A stretch of 64,000 nt of DNA from a virus. The stretch covers positions 48,001 to 112,000 of the IMG/VR virus record IMGVR_UViG_3300020442_000011, one strand, 5' to 3'. The notes beneath the pieces are model-generated. The model had not been told where the DNA came from and did not search any database. It saw only the letters and a program-made list of their open reading frames with translations. The position numbers and the translations under genes were made by a program. Numbering within the stretch: the stretch's first letter is position 1; each line of letters starts with the position of its first letter. This document shows positions 47,068 to 55,745 of the stretch, piece by piece.

Positions 47068-47125
47068 AAACCAGGATAATGAATTCTGGTCGTCACTGTA
47101 TCAACTCTAAAAAGGAAGAACTACC

Positions 47126-47599
47126 ATGAAAACTATCAACTTCACCAACACCACCAAAGCCGCCACCCTTTACGGTATTATGTTTAACGAATTACGGCAA
47201 TCGGGTCATGAGAGTGGCTTCCTCTCAATCACTGAACCGTACATGGTAAAACACGGAGATCTCGAATACACTGTCAGCCCTATATCAACTAAAGACACCA
47301 CTGATATGGACGGTGTAGAACTAATGTACGTCCATGTCCAGGTCCACCGTATTAATGAGTCTGTCAGCGGTGATAAGATGGTCGTTAACAGTGAGACGTC
47401 GATATGTCATGACATGATGGCGGCCATCTGCATGTTGTCGGGTGTTAACGTTGTTATGGTTAACAACGAGGCACTATGGCAGTGTACGTATAGCACCAAA
47501 TCCATGGTGCGTACCCTGGCTAAGTATATCGGTTATGTCGCCGCTGCCGCTTTGGTGGCAGGTCTCATCTACTACGGATACACGAAAATCCGGGGGTAG
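47126..47599 (+). CDS. Tail-anchored membrane protein, paralog A
   Basis: C-terminal TM; shares motifs with next gene. Confidence 0.8.
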   Translation: MKTINFTNTTKAATLYGIMFNELRQSGHESGFLSITEPYMVKHGDLEYTVSPISTKDTTDMDGVELMYVHVQVHRINESVSGDKMVVNSETSICHDMMAAICMLSGVNVVMVNNEALWQCTYSTKSMVRTLAKYIGYVAAAALVAGLIYYGYTKIRG

Positions 47600-47602
47600 C
47601 TA

Positions 47603-48034
47603 ATGCGTTATTTTAAGTTTACCCATGATGCTCATGAGCTTAACAGTAGCATCCTATTTTCGTTGATGATCCAGGGTCAGCCAAATGGCCTTAACGATCT
47701 CAATGAACCATATCACCTCCAGCTGAACAATACGGTGTACACCATCATCCCGATGGATAATCCGATGTCTAAACGACATTCCTTCACGCAGTTCGGTCCC
47801 TATGTTGATGCCCACTATCATGATGGTAGTTTGATCGATCAAGAGGACATCAATAACGATGTCCTGGCCGCATTAACATTGCTGACAGGGAGGTGCAACT
47901 GGGTGGTGAATGGTGAGTTATGGAAACTACGCAGTCGCCGAGATGAATTCTTCAATGTGATGAGCGAAGTGAATACCGTGTTGACTTTCATTTCAGCTGT
48001 ACTTCTCATTACGTATCTCAAAACACGTAAATAA
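47603..48034 (+). CDS. Tail-anchored membrane protein, paralog B
   Basis: EPY, YTxxP, IxxDxxAAxxxLxG, VN..LW shared with paralog A; C-terminal TM. Confidence 0.8.
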   Translation: MRYFKFTHDAHELNSSILFSLMIQGQPNGLNDLNEPYHLQLNNTVYTIIPMDNPMSKRHSFTQFGPYVDAHYHDGSLIDQEDINNDVLAALTLLTGRCNWVVNGELWKLRSRRDEFFNVMSEVNTVLTFISAVLLITYLKTRK

Positions 48035-48059
48035 AAAAGAGGGCGGAAAACCCGCCCTC
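48033..48059 (-). terminator. Terminator-like hairpin oriented for the minus strand
   Basis: AAAAAA-GAGGGCGG-AAAAC-CCGCCCTC. Confidence 0.55.
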
Positions 48060-48077
48060 AAATAAAAAGGAATAAAT

Positions 48078-48707
48078 ATGACACTTATTGTTGTGGACCC
48101 GTATTCGGTATCAGCCGATGTTTGGGCGGAAGTGGAGCGGGACGGTGAGATCGTAGGTAGCATGAAAGGTTTTCGTAAAATCTTTCATGCTTGCATCATC
48201 AACGACACTACGCGTGTCAAATTCAGTCCTAAGAACTGCATTGCCTTCACAGGGGATGCGGAAGCGTTCTATGAGTGGATGCAAGAAATAACTACGCCAA
48301 GTCCTACCATATTCCTTAGTGACGTGCTCAAGGAAGCCGTGAAAGCACGGGGTGGATTTAAAGTCATTGTCCCTTGTGATGAAGGGGCTGTGGTCATCAC
48401 TTGTCGTGGGACCCAAGTCGTCGTCAGTAATATCCCTTTTACTGAACGTCGACCCGTATTGGTGTTTGGCGGTACATGGCGAACGCCTAACAACAGCACG
48501 AGCATATCGTGGTTTGAACCTTTCCTCCAGGCACATGAAGCAGGCATGTTGAACTCAACCGATGTTGAACGATTCCATTTCGATGAAGGTCGAATTGTCA
48601 AGGATAGGATTCTCGTTGGTAAAGAGTCCGAACGTTTCATGAAACGCCGCCGTCGTCCTTGGGGTTCTGCTGGTTTCATCGGCAGGCGACTCAAAAAGCT
48701 GAAATAA
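48078..48707 (+). CDS. Ntn-hydrolase / HslV-proteasome-beta-like protein
   Basis: MTLIVVD...SAD...RKIF...IAFTGD pattern with Thr after the initiator Met. Confidence 0.55.
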   Translation: MTLIVVDPYSVSADVWAEVERDGEIVGSMKGFRKIFHACIINDTTRVKFSPKNCIAFTGDAEAFYEWMQEITTPSPTIFLSDVLKEAVKARGGFKVIVPCDEGAVVITCRGTQVVVSNIPFTERRPVLVFGGTWRTPNNSTSISWFEPFLQAHEAGMLNSTDVERFHFDEGRIVKDRILVGKESERFMKRRRRPWGSAGFIGRRLKKLK

Positions 48708-48712
48708 AAAAG

Positions 48713-48739
48713 TTTGACGTCTATATTACAGACGTGCAT
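48713..48739 (+). promoter_or_regulatory. Early promoter
   Basis: TTTGACGTCTATATTAC-AGAC-GTGCAT. Confidence 0.75.
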
Positions 48740-48788
48740 TAACCCACCAAAGCAATGTAATACTCAACTTTAAAAAGGAAGATTTATC

Positions 48789-49016
48789 ATGACTAAAGCA
48801 AACAACACTACAGCTAACGTAATGGACCTGAACGCCGCTATCAAGGTAGAAAACGCTAAGGGTTTCTTTACCCGCCACAAACGCAAAATCAAGTATACCG
48901 CTATCGGAGTCGGTGTTGTGGCCGCCGCTGGCGTAGGTTACTATTACCTCAAAAAGCACAACCTGGATAAAGCAGCAGCGGTAGCCGCTGCGGATGTTGC
49001 GCAAACTACTACCTAA
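48789..49016 (+). CDS. Small single-pass membrane protein, monocistronic
   Basis: 75 aa; RHKRKIK then TM; own promoter, RBS and terminator; strong codon bias. Confidence 0.85.
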   Translation: MTKANNTTANVMDLNAAIKVENAKGFFTRHKRKIKYTAIGVGVVAAAGVGYYYLKKHNLDKAAAVAAADVAQTTT

Positions 49017-49074
49017 CACAATCGTGTGTTAAAGTAGACGAAATTCATTTTATCGACATGAGACGTCGATCTTT

Positions 49075-49101
49075 GAGAGTCCTTCGGGGCTCTCTTTTTT
49101 T
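49075..49101 (+). terminator. Rho-independent terminator
   Basis: GAGAGTCC-TTCG-GGGCTCTC then T tract. Confidence 0.9.
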
Positions 49102-49135
49102 GTCTAAAACTCTCTTGTAGTAAGGCGGAAACTCA

Positions 49136-49420
49136 ATGGTAATTGTTGATGAACTCATTGATGAGATAAAATCTCAACCGTTTAGAATCAATCAAGGTGG
49201 TTTTGCTATTCCGGTGAGTAACCGAGCCGAACGGTTATTGGGTATGTTAAGAGATGAGTTATCTCGCTTCACATATCCTGATGGGCGCTTGTCTCAAGAA
49301 CGACTACAGCATTTAAAACAAGCAGGCTATACCCACCAACTCTACAAAGATGAAGAATTTTGTGTTATCGGACACATCATCGACTTACCTATCGGTAAAG
49401 TCGCTTTCTATGCGGGGTAA
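49136..49420 (+). CDS. Hypothetical protein
   Basis: 94 aa. Confidence 0.7.
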   Translation: MVIVDELIDEIKSQPFRINQGGFAIPVSNRAERLLGMLRDELSRFTYPDGRLSQERLQHLKQAGYTHQLYKDEEFCVIGHIIDLPIGKVAFYAG

Positions 49421-49425
49421 TTACA

Positions 49426-49878
49426 ATGTTGTTTATTGAAAAAGGCAACATGTTTGACAAAGCACATGAGTGTTTTGTTTGTCCAGTAAATACCGTAGGT
49501 ACCATGGGCAACGGTCTCGCAAAATACTTTGCCATGCGTTACCCGGATGTGGAGGAAGCCTATAAGAAACTCTGTAATCAACGTATCCTGAAAGTGGGTC
49601 ATCCTAAATTGGTTGTCTCAAACACAGGGCAGAAAATTATCCTTTTTCCAACAAAGCAGGACTGGCGTAATCCGTCAGAGCTGAGCTTTATTGAAGAAGG
49701 ACTTAAGACATTCATCGACGAAAGTTCATTTGGGGAATTTCGTACGGTAGACGAAATAGCGCTTCCTGCGCTAGGTTGTGGTAAAGGGCAGTTGGTATTC
49801 GAAGAAGGTGTCGAAGAACTCTTCATTCAATACCTCGACCCATGGTTTGGTCACGCCACTGTCTATTTAGATAACTAA
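49426..49878 (+). CDS. Macrodomain ADP-ribosyl hydrolase (DarG/TARG1-like)
   Basis: KGNMF, PVNTVGTMGNGLA, FPTKQDWR, ALPALGCGKGQL. Confidence 0.88.
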   Translation: MLFIEKGNMFDKAHECFVCPVNTVGTMGNGLAKYFAMRYPDVEEAYKKLCNQRILKVGHPKLVVSNTGQKIILFPTKQDWRNPSELSFIEEGLKTFIDESSFGEFRTVDEIALPALGCGKGQLVFEEGVEELFIQYLDPWFGHATVYLDN

Positions 49879-49898
49879 TACTAAAAGGAAAAACGATC

Positions 49899-52127
49899 AT
49901 GTCAAAAGCAATCGACGAACTAAAAGATTACGTTTCCAGCCTGGGATTTGTGAAAGAAAAGCACGGCGAACGCCGTGTGTCCGTCATGGTGGATAGCAAT
50001 AAAAACATCTCTGCACGTCTCAAAGAGTTGTATTATAAGTGTATGGTTGAGCGGACATTGAGAGAACCTGAAACTGGAATCGCATTGATTCCCCATGGCA
50101 TCGAAACACCCAGTCATGTGGTGAATATTTGGCATTATACCGCTTTACCTAATCGACGTTTAAACACGATGTTTACAGGCAGTCAAATGCAATGTCTAGG
50201 GATTGATCGTGCCAAAACAATCGAAGCTGAATTACACCGCTACACAAAAGACCGTACTGATTTTAATATGATCGAGGTATTGGGACTTTACTGTCTTAAC
50301 AACCTCGACCGTGTTGAAAAAACAGTTATTGAAGATGGAGGGATTTACAAAGGTCTTGAGCGGCGGAATATTGGCGATCTCAAACGACGTTTTAATGAAA
50401 CGATCACGATGTGTCTCGATAGCGAAAAACTGAGAGAGAAAATCGTTTCTCAGGGATGTACCTTGAGCAGACTTGGTACTATCGATATCACTGATTGTTT
50501 AATCATGGATACCTTAACTCGTTCCGGGTTCGATGCAATTAAACTCCGTGTTGAGCTGTCCTTCGGTGATGGTTGTTTCCAACTAACGTCACCGGGTGCT
50601 ATTGCTTATATTGACTCCAGCATCATTGTCAAAGAAACTATCTATAAGTTAGTTGCACCCACCATCCAAGATAAAAAGAAAACAGATAAGCCTGTTTCAA
50701 AAGTAACAGTACGGACCAAGAAACAATATCCAGTCATGGAGTTGTTTAACTTACTGTCAACAGGTGCGTCTTACACGGAGTTGTTAAAAGGTCGTTACAT
50801 CAATGGACTCACTGGTGTCCCTATGATGTTCAGTGTTTCAGATAAAATCAAACAGCTCATCAACAAAGACGCTAAGAAAACCATTATTTTCGACGATGAA
50901 GTGATGAGCCACATCGTCTTGATCTTCACTGGATTAGTTGGAACAAGGCATAACTACCCAGTGACAGTAACCATGACGAAATTTGAAGGGGTTGATTTAA
51001 TCAAGATCGCACCTGACGATCATACATTAGAAACACTTTACTTCCCTGTTTCAGAACAGCCCGTTACTAGCTTCGACAAAGAAGGTGCGGTGCGTGAGTT
51101 CTTATCAGGAAATCGTTCGGTACCGACACTCTTCTCAATTTATGTGTTTTTACTGTTTCCGTATGACCATGACATCAATGGGAAATTGCTGAAAATACCT
51201 GAGTTCGAGAAAATTGTTAAAGAGTCGAATATTAGTGGAGTCCAAAAGTCCGTTCACCCAATAACAGATCTCATTGAACAAGCACGTCTTAACATTAACA
51301 CCAATCGCTTCTTTCGTGAGTTTGTACTGGAACACCGTATTACGATTTATGACCGTGATGGGGGTGGTTACATTATCCAAAAAGGCAATGAGCAGGTTGT
51401 GATTAAACACACATATAAGGAGTCTGATATACAACCCACGAACTCTGAAGAAACCCATGTAGCACAGGAGAAAGACAGAACTAGTAAAGAAACAGATAGG
51501 GACACAACCGTTTCTTCGTTCATGAAGTGGCGAAGTAATCTAGAAGAGAATAATCGTCGACAAAAAATAGCTGAGGAGTTGAAAGCTGAGAAAGAACGCC
51601 CCATGGTGCAAAATTCCCAGTGGTGTTCACTACCGATGCAACTTCTCGAAGAAAAACAAGCCAGGGGATCTTCTTTTGGTGGTGGGCCATGCGATTTCTC
51701 AGTGAGCGTGGAACACAGCGAAACTTTCAGGAAACTAAAACCCTTGGTTTGTGACCGGGATTTTAAAGGAGATGAAATTAACCAGTTACCAGAAACTACC
51801 GTTGAGAAAATTGTGGAAACTAACACCCAAAAAGCAGACTTGCAAAAGCGGGCAAAAGCTATCGCTGGTTTGTTCGTTCGCCATCACGAGCATGGTTTTG
51901 AGGGTTTTGGCATTCTTCGCCATATCCTTAAAGACATATCGGCTAAGCCAGGTTTTGAGTTTGCCCTACAGGATGTTGGTATCCACATCGAATGTACAGA
52001 CGACATTCCACCCCAAGTATTCGCTTACTGTTTTGTGAATGAAGAAGGGGGAGAAGAAGATGTTGCTGTCAAGATTGATTTCGATCTACAAAAAGACATA
52101 GTTGATCTCTATGTCGATGAGGAGTAA
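49899..52127 (+). CDS. Large hypothetical protein
   Basis: 742 aa, AAGGA RBS, no recognisable motif. Confidence 0.8.
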   Translation: MSKAIDELKDYVSSLGFVKEKHGERRVSVMVDSNKNISARLKELYYKCMVERTLREPETGIALIPHGIETPSHVVNIWHYTALPNRRLNTMFTGSQMQCLGIDRAKTIEAELHRYTKDRTDFNMIEVLGLYCLNNLDRVEKTVIEDGGIYKGLERRNIGDLKRRFNETITMCLDSEKLREKIVSQGCTLSRLGTIDITDCLIMDTLTRSGFDAIKLRVELSFGDGCFQLTSPGAIAYIDSSIIVKETIYKLVAPTIQDKKKTDKPVSKVTVRTKKQYPVMELFNLLSTGASYTELLKGRYINGLTGVPMMFSVSDKIKQLINKDAKKTIIFDDEVMSHIVLIFTGLVGTRHNYPVTVTMTKFEGVDLIKIAPDDHTLETLYFPVSEQPVTSFDKEGAVREFLSGNRSVPTLFSIYVFLLFPYDHDINGKLLKIPEFEKIVKESNISGVQKSVHPITDLIEQARLNINTNRFFREFVLEHRITIYDRDGGGYIIQKGNEQVVIKHTYKESDIQPTNSEETHVAQEKDRTSKETDRDTTVSSFMKWRSNLEENNRRQKIAEELKAEKERPMVQNSQWCSLPMQLLEEKQARGSSFGGGPCDFSVSVEHSETFRKLKPLVCDRDFKGDEINQLPETTVEKIVETNTQKADLQKRAKAIAGLFVRHHEHGFEGFGILRHILKDISAKPGFEFALQDVGIHIECTDDIPPQVFAYCFVNEEGGEEDVAVKIDFDLQKDIVDLYVDEE

Positions 52128-52129
52128 TT

Positions 52130-52432
52130 ATGCTTGTTGTAAAACGGACGTCTCGTATCGGACAATCTTCCCTTGAACGCAAGGCGTATAACCGCGAACT
52201 CTCGTTAGGGGTGGTGGTTCTTGCAGTGGCTGTGGTTGTATCGGCACTGGCTACCAAAGAACCCAGTATCGAGGACATTACGACCTCGTTCTTGAAGACT
52301 GTACCTGAAGAGCAACGTGGCGCGTACTTGCGTGCTATGAACCGCATTAGTATCAATGACCCGAGTATTGTAACCCAACCTGGGCGTTGGAGTTCTGAAC
52401 TCCAACGTTTAGCAAAGCGTTATGCATTATGA
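52130..52432 (+). CDS. Small membrane protein
   Basis: 100 aa, TM LSLGVVVLAVAVVVSALA, GAGGAG RBS. Confidence 0.75.
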   Translation: MLVVKRTSRIGQSSLERKAYNRELSLGVVVLAVAVVVSALATKEPSIEDITTSFLKTVPEEQRGAYLRAMNRISINDPSIVTQPGRWSSELQRLAKRYAL

Positions 52433-52434
52433 TA

Positions 52435-52521
52435 TGTTGACTGGGATGTAGTCACTGCCATGGCATAATTTAGAGTTACAGTTCGAAGGTCAACAGACCC
52501 CTCCTTCGGGAGGGGTTTTTT
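52435..52521 (+). ncRNA. Candidate small structured RNA
   Basis: TGTTGAC/GTCAACA closing stem, inner TGTAGTC/GAGTTACA, TATG at 5' end, terminator at 3' end. Confidence 0.35.
52497..52521 (+). terminator. Rho-independent terminator
   Basis: ACCCCTCC-TTCG-GGAGGGGT then T tract. Confidence 0.9.
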
Positions 52522-52557
52522 ACCGTCTTTACCTATAAACTTTTTGGAGTCAACAAA

Positions 52558-53373
52558 ATGGTTACAATTAATCAATCTAGTGATCTGTTCTACCCCAACA
52601 CCCTCACTGATGGTAAGTCAGTGAAAATAGAACTTTTTCACCCCGACTATAAAGACGAAACGGACGTGATGGTTTATAACGCGACCATTAATGTAAGTGA
52701 GAATTCATCTGGTCGCCTTCACCAATTCAAGGCGTTTGTCGAAATGTTAATATCGGATTCGGATGATGATGGACTGTCTAGTCTTTATTCCAGTAACAAC
52801 CACGTTATCTATTCAAAGGACATCATTACGAAAAATATAGGTAAAATCGTCAATCAACGTCTTTTTGAGTTATTCCATAAAAAGGAATCTGATGATAAAG
52901 ACAATCCACACTACACTAGCGTGACTCTTGACTTATATTCCGTTGATGTCGAATTCATTAACTTTAACCAAAGAACCACCGATGGTTTTTATCTAGATGA
53001 ACCGACAGAAGAAAGCATCAAAAGAGGGGATTACGATTTTGATGTATTTTTCAGTTTTCGTGATGGTGGAAGGGAAGCTACCTTAACACGTCTAGAAGTA
53101 AGACGTCTTCCTCATCTACCTCCGAAGAATCGAAGTATTTATCATATCCCACAACCAGCAAGCCCGGAAAACAATTTACCGGCTATTCGCGAACTGTTGT
53201 TTGATAAACTTTCCGAATATATGGGTGCTTTAAATGACCCTCGCTGTTATTTACAGATAAAGGCAAATGGGCATTTCCATATGGACGACCGTATTGGTAA
53301 CTACGGTTTTACCAATGCCAGAATCGAGTTTGACGCCAATACCAACGAAACGGTATTTTTAGTTGAACGTTAA
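52558..53373 (+). CDS. Hypothetical protein
   Basis: 271 aa, GGAG RBS. Confidence 0.8.
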   Translation: MVTINQSSDLFYPNTLTDGKSVKIELFHPDYKDETDVMVYNATINVSENSSGRLHQFKAFVEMLISDSDDDGLSSLYSSNNHVIYSKDIITKNIGKIVNQRLFELFHKKESDDKDNPHYTSVTLDLYSVDVEFINFNQRTTDGFYLDEPTEESIKRGDYDFDVFFSFRDGGREATLTRLEVRRLPHLPPKNRSIYHIPQPASPENNLPAIRELLFDKLSEYMGALNDPRCYLQIKANGHFHMDDRIGNYGFTNARIEFDANTNETVFLVER

Positions 53374-53381
53374 TTAAACAC

Positions 53382-53415
53382 GGTATAAAAGACCTTCCCC
53401 ATCGGGGAAGGTCTT
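53382..53415. terminator. Bidirectional terminator
   Basis: AAGACCTTCCCC-ATC-GGGGAAGGTCTT between convergent genes. Confidence 0.8.
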
Positions 53416-53440
53416 AAGTTGTTCTCCTTTCTTTTTTTTT

Positions 53441-53791
53441 TTATCTTTCGATGTAGATAAGTTCACGACCTACAGGCGCGTACATTTCCCAACGTTTATT
53501 TTCAGTACATGTTTTCGATGGGTTGATCTCTAGGATGCATCCCTGCAAGTGCTTACCGATATAATACAGTGCCTTGACACGATCAGTGCGGGTCTCTGTG
53601 CCGTGTTCAGCACCATAGCACATTTCGAGTTCTTTAACGAAACGTTCGAATAAATCATCGACGTCTCCCCGAGCATAAATGGAATACGTACAGGTTTCCA
53701 TAACGTAATCTTGATTGAAACGTTTATGGAACGACATCATGTGTTCCAGTACGTCTTTGACCAGAGAATCGCGGCTTTCTGACAGGTTCAT
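53441..53791 (-). CDS. Hypothetical protein
   Basis: 116 aa, GGAGG RBS, ATGA coupling. Confidence 0.75.
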   Translation of the reverse strand: MNLSESRDSLVKDVLEHMMSFHKRFNQDYVMETCTYSIYARGDVDDLFERFVKELEMCYGAEHGTETRTDRVKALYYIGKHLQGCILEINPSKTCTENKRWEMYAPVGRELIYIER

Positions 53792-54072
53792 GTGTTTTCC
53801 TCCGGACGGATAGTGTCCGTGTCATAGGTTTCAATAGAAAAGGTGTCTTTAAGCCCCGTGAAGGTACCACAGGGATGTTTAAAGATCATCTTAGGGTTTT
53901 CCCCAGGCACAAGCCCCGGAGCCGCATGTTTAAACGATTGGGCGATCTCCCAATTAGCCAACACACGGCGCTCACAGTATGGGTCACCTACATTGTGAAG
54001 TTGGTTAGGAAATGGTAATTTTTTAGGTTGGCACATGCATGGAATTACTTTGTCCATAGCTTCTTCATTCAT
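53788..54072 (-). CDS. Small Cys/His-containing hypothetical protein
   Basis: ATG 54072 overlaps DnaB stop (TAATG); CMC...H...C possible Zn site. Confidence 0.65.
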   Translation of the reverse strand: MNEEAMDKVIPCMCQPKKLPFPNQLHNVGDPYCERRVLANWEIAQSFKHAAPGLVPGENPKMIFKHPCGTFTGLKDTFSIETYDTDTIRPEENT

Positions 54073-55607
54073 TATTCTACCCACCAAGGATTCTCTTCTT
54101 CTGTACCAATCGCACCGCCCCCAGGTACAGCACATGTGATTTCGTAGTCTTTATCTATATCCCATGGGATCGTACCGATTTGTTTAAACGGTAGGACGAG
54201 ATATTGATCACGCTCAGGTGTAACTGTATTACGATGTTTACCGCGACCGACCGTTAGGAACGATTCGCCGTTTACAACCACCTTGTGGATCATGACTTCA
54301 AGATCAGGCTCTTGTCCTAGACGCTTACAGCCATCGTAGTAGCCTTTGTTAGCAATCGACTTAACAAATTCATCTACGTTCTCACGTGTTAACTGTAACG
54401 CTTCGCTAGAGAGCTGATGAGGGGTGATACAGGTAATGCCACGCGGTGACGTGTAGTTACGAATACGGCGGAACAACAGACGAATATCGTCACCTGCAAT
54501 CTTAGCATCAATACCAGCTTTACTTAACATATTGAGATAATCAATTAGAAGAGCAACAATCTCATAACCTTCAGCGATGAGGTTGTCGAGGATACCAACG
54601 AACCCAGATGCAGTAAACTCTGTTGGGTCAAAACGGAACATCTTGACTTCAAAGCCAGTACGACGAAGTCGTTCCATGACAAAGTCAGAAGCTTCATTGA
54701 TGTCGATCTGACTATCAATAACAGGCTCACCTGTTTCGTTCTCTTTGATGTATTTATAAATCCACAGAAGGTTATCAGGGATTTCATTCTCAAAGGTGAA
54801 GAAGGCAATCAGAGGTGTTTTGGTTTTGTCTCTAAGAATAGGTTCGTTAAACAACAATAGATGAACAAACAACGACAACATGAAACCGGATTTAAAGTTG
54901 TGTTGTAGACCACCAATCAATGCAAACTCACCGCGCTTTAATGCGCCCACTGGACCGAGCATTCGGTTGAAACCCTTCCAACCAGTTTTCAGAGCCCCTT
55001 CTGTCGACATAGTCGTCTTAACGTCAACAAAATATTTAGCGATGTTCTCGGCATCCGAAAAATCCATTGACCCCATCATAGAAGGGTGTGCTAGTTGACT
55101 GCGGATGGAGAGGTAGGGTTCTAACTTTTCTGCCAGATCGCGAACCTCATCAAGTGGGTCTACTACTTCTTTCTTAAACATTAGACGGTGAGAGATATCC
55201 TTAACAATCTCGCGGATCTTTTCGTCGTTCAGGTATTTGAACAACGTATTGCGCATGTTTTGGATAATCTTAACAACGTCTTTAATGCTTTCGTAGTGTT
55301 CAAGTAATGGCGTCATCACTGCTTCAAACAGCCATGCTTGTTCTTTACAAGCAACCTGAACAGCCTGAAGGATTTCTTGGTCAGTCGGGAAATTACCACT
55401 ATCACGAGAATTAAGCCAAATAACACATTGACGTAATTCTAAAAATGTTTGGCGGCCATGGTCATGGTCGATGGTGGACTCTGGGATAGGCAGTGTGGCC
55501 AACACTTCATTTACCAGCTCTTTAGAAGAAGACGTGTTAACACCATCGCGGTGTTCGAGTGCCAATAAAGTAATGCAGTTAACTAATAAATGTTTCGGAC
55601 TGAACAT
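54072..55607 (-). CDS. dnaB: Replicative DnaB-like helicase (phiKZ gp118-like)
   Basis: LKTGWKGFN, GGLQHNFKS Walker A variant, FTFEN, LLIDYL, TPHQLS, RGKHR. Confidence 0.88.
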   Translation of the reverse strand: MFSPKHLLVNCITLLALEHRDGVNTSSSKELVNEVLATLPIPESTIDHDHGRQTFLELRQCVIWLNSRDSGNFPTDQEILQAVQVACKEQAWLFEAVMTPLLEHYESIKDVVKIIQNMRNTLFKYLNDEKIREIVKDISHRLMFKKEVVDPLDEVRDLAEKLEPYLSIRSQLAHPSMMGSMDFSDAENIAKYFVDVKTTMSTEGALKTGWKGFNRMLGPVGALKRGEFALIGGLQHNFKSGFMLSLFVHLLLFNEPILRDKTKTPLIAFFTFENEIPDNLLWIYKYIKENETGEPVIDSQIDINEASDFVMERLRRTGFEVKMFRFDPTEFTASGFVGILDNLIAEGYEIVALLIDYLNMLSKAGIDAKIAGDDIRLLFRRIRNYTSPRGITCITPHQLSSEALQLTRENVDEFVKSIANKGYYDGCKRLGQEPDLEVMIHKVVVNGESFLTVGRGKHRNTVTPERDQYLVLPFKQIGTIPWDIDKDYEITCAVPGGGAIGTEEENPWWVE

Positions 55608-55745
55608 TGGTGAGCCTGCTGTTAGTCATGTGGTTGTCTTCCATACGTATGATAGCCAGCGGCGGTAATCTTTGTCGACCGTGTAATCACTATCCATGTT
55701 ATAGTACTATCTTTTTCCACAACGTCGCTTAACGGGACACCACTC

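Noticed and set aside
47042-48719. TTGACA/TTGACG as host sigma70 -35 boxes
   Set aside because: No good -10 at 17 bp spacing; better explained as part of the phage early promoter
52442-52500. tRNA gene (GGGATGTAG...GTTCGAA)
   Set aside because: No matching acceptor stem, T-stem or anticodon arm
55626-55697. 23-aa minus-strand uORF ahead of dnaB
   Set aside because: No convincing SD and too short to support
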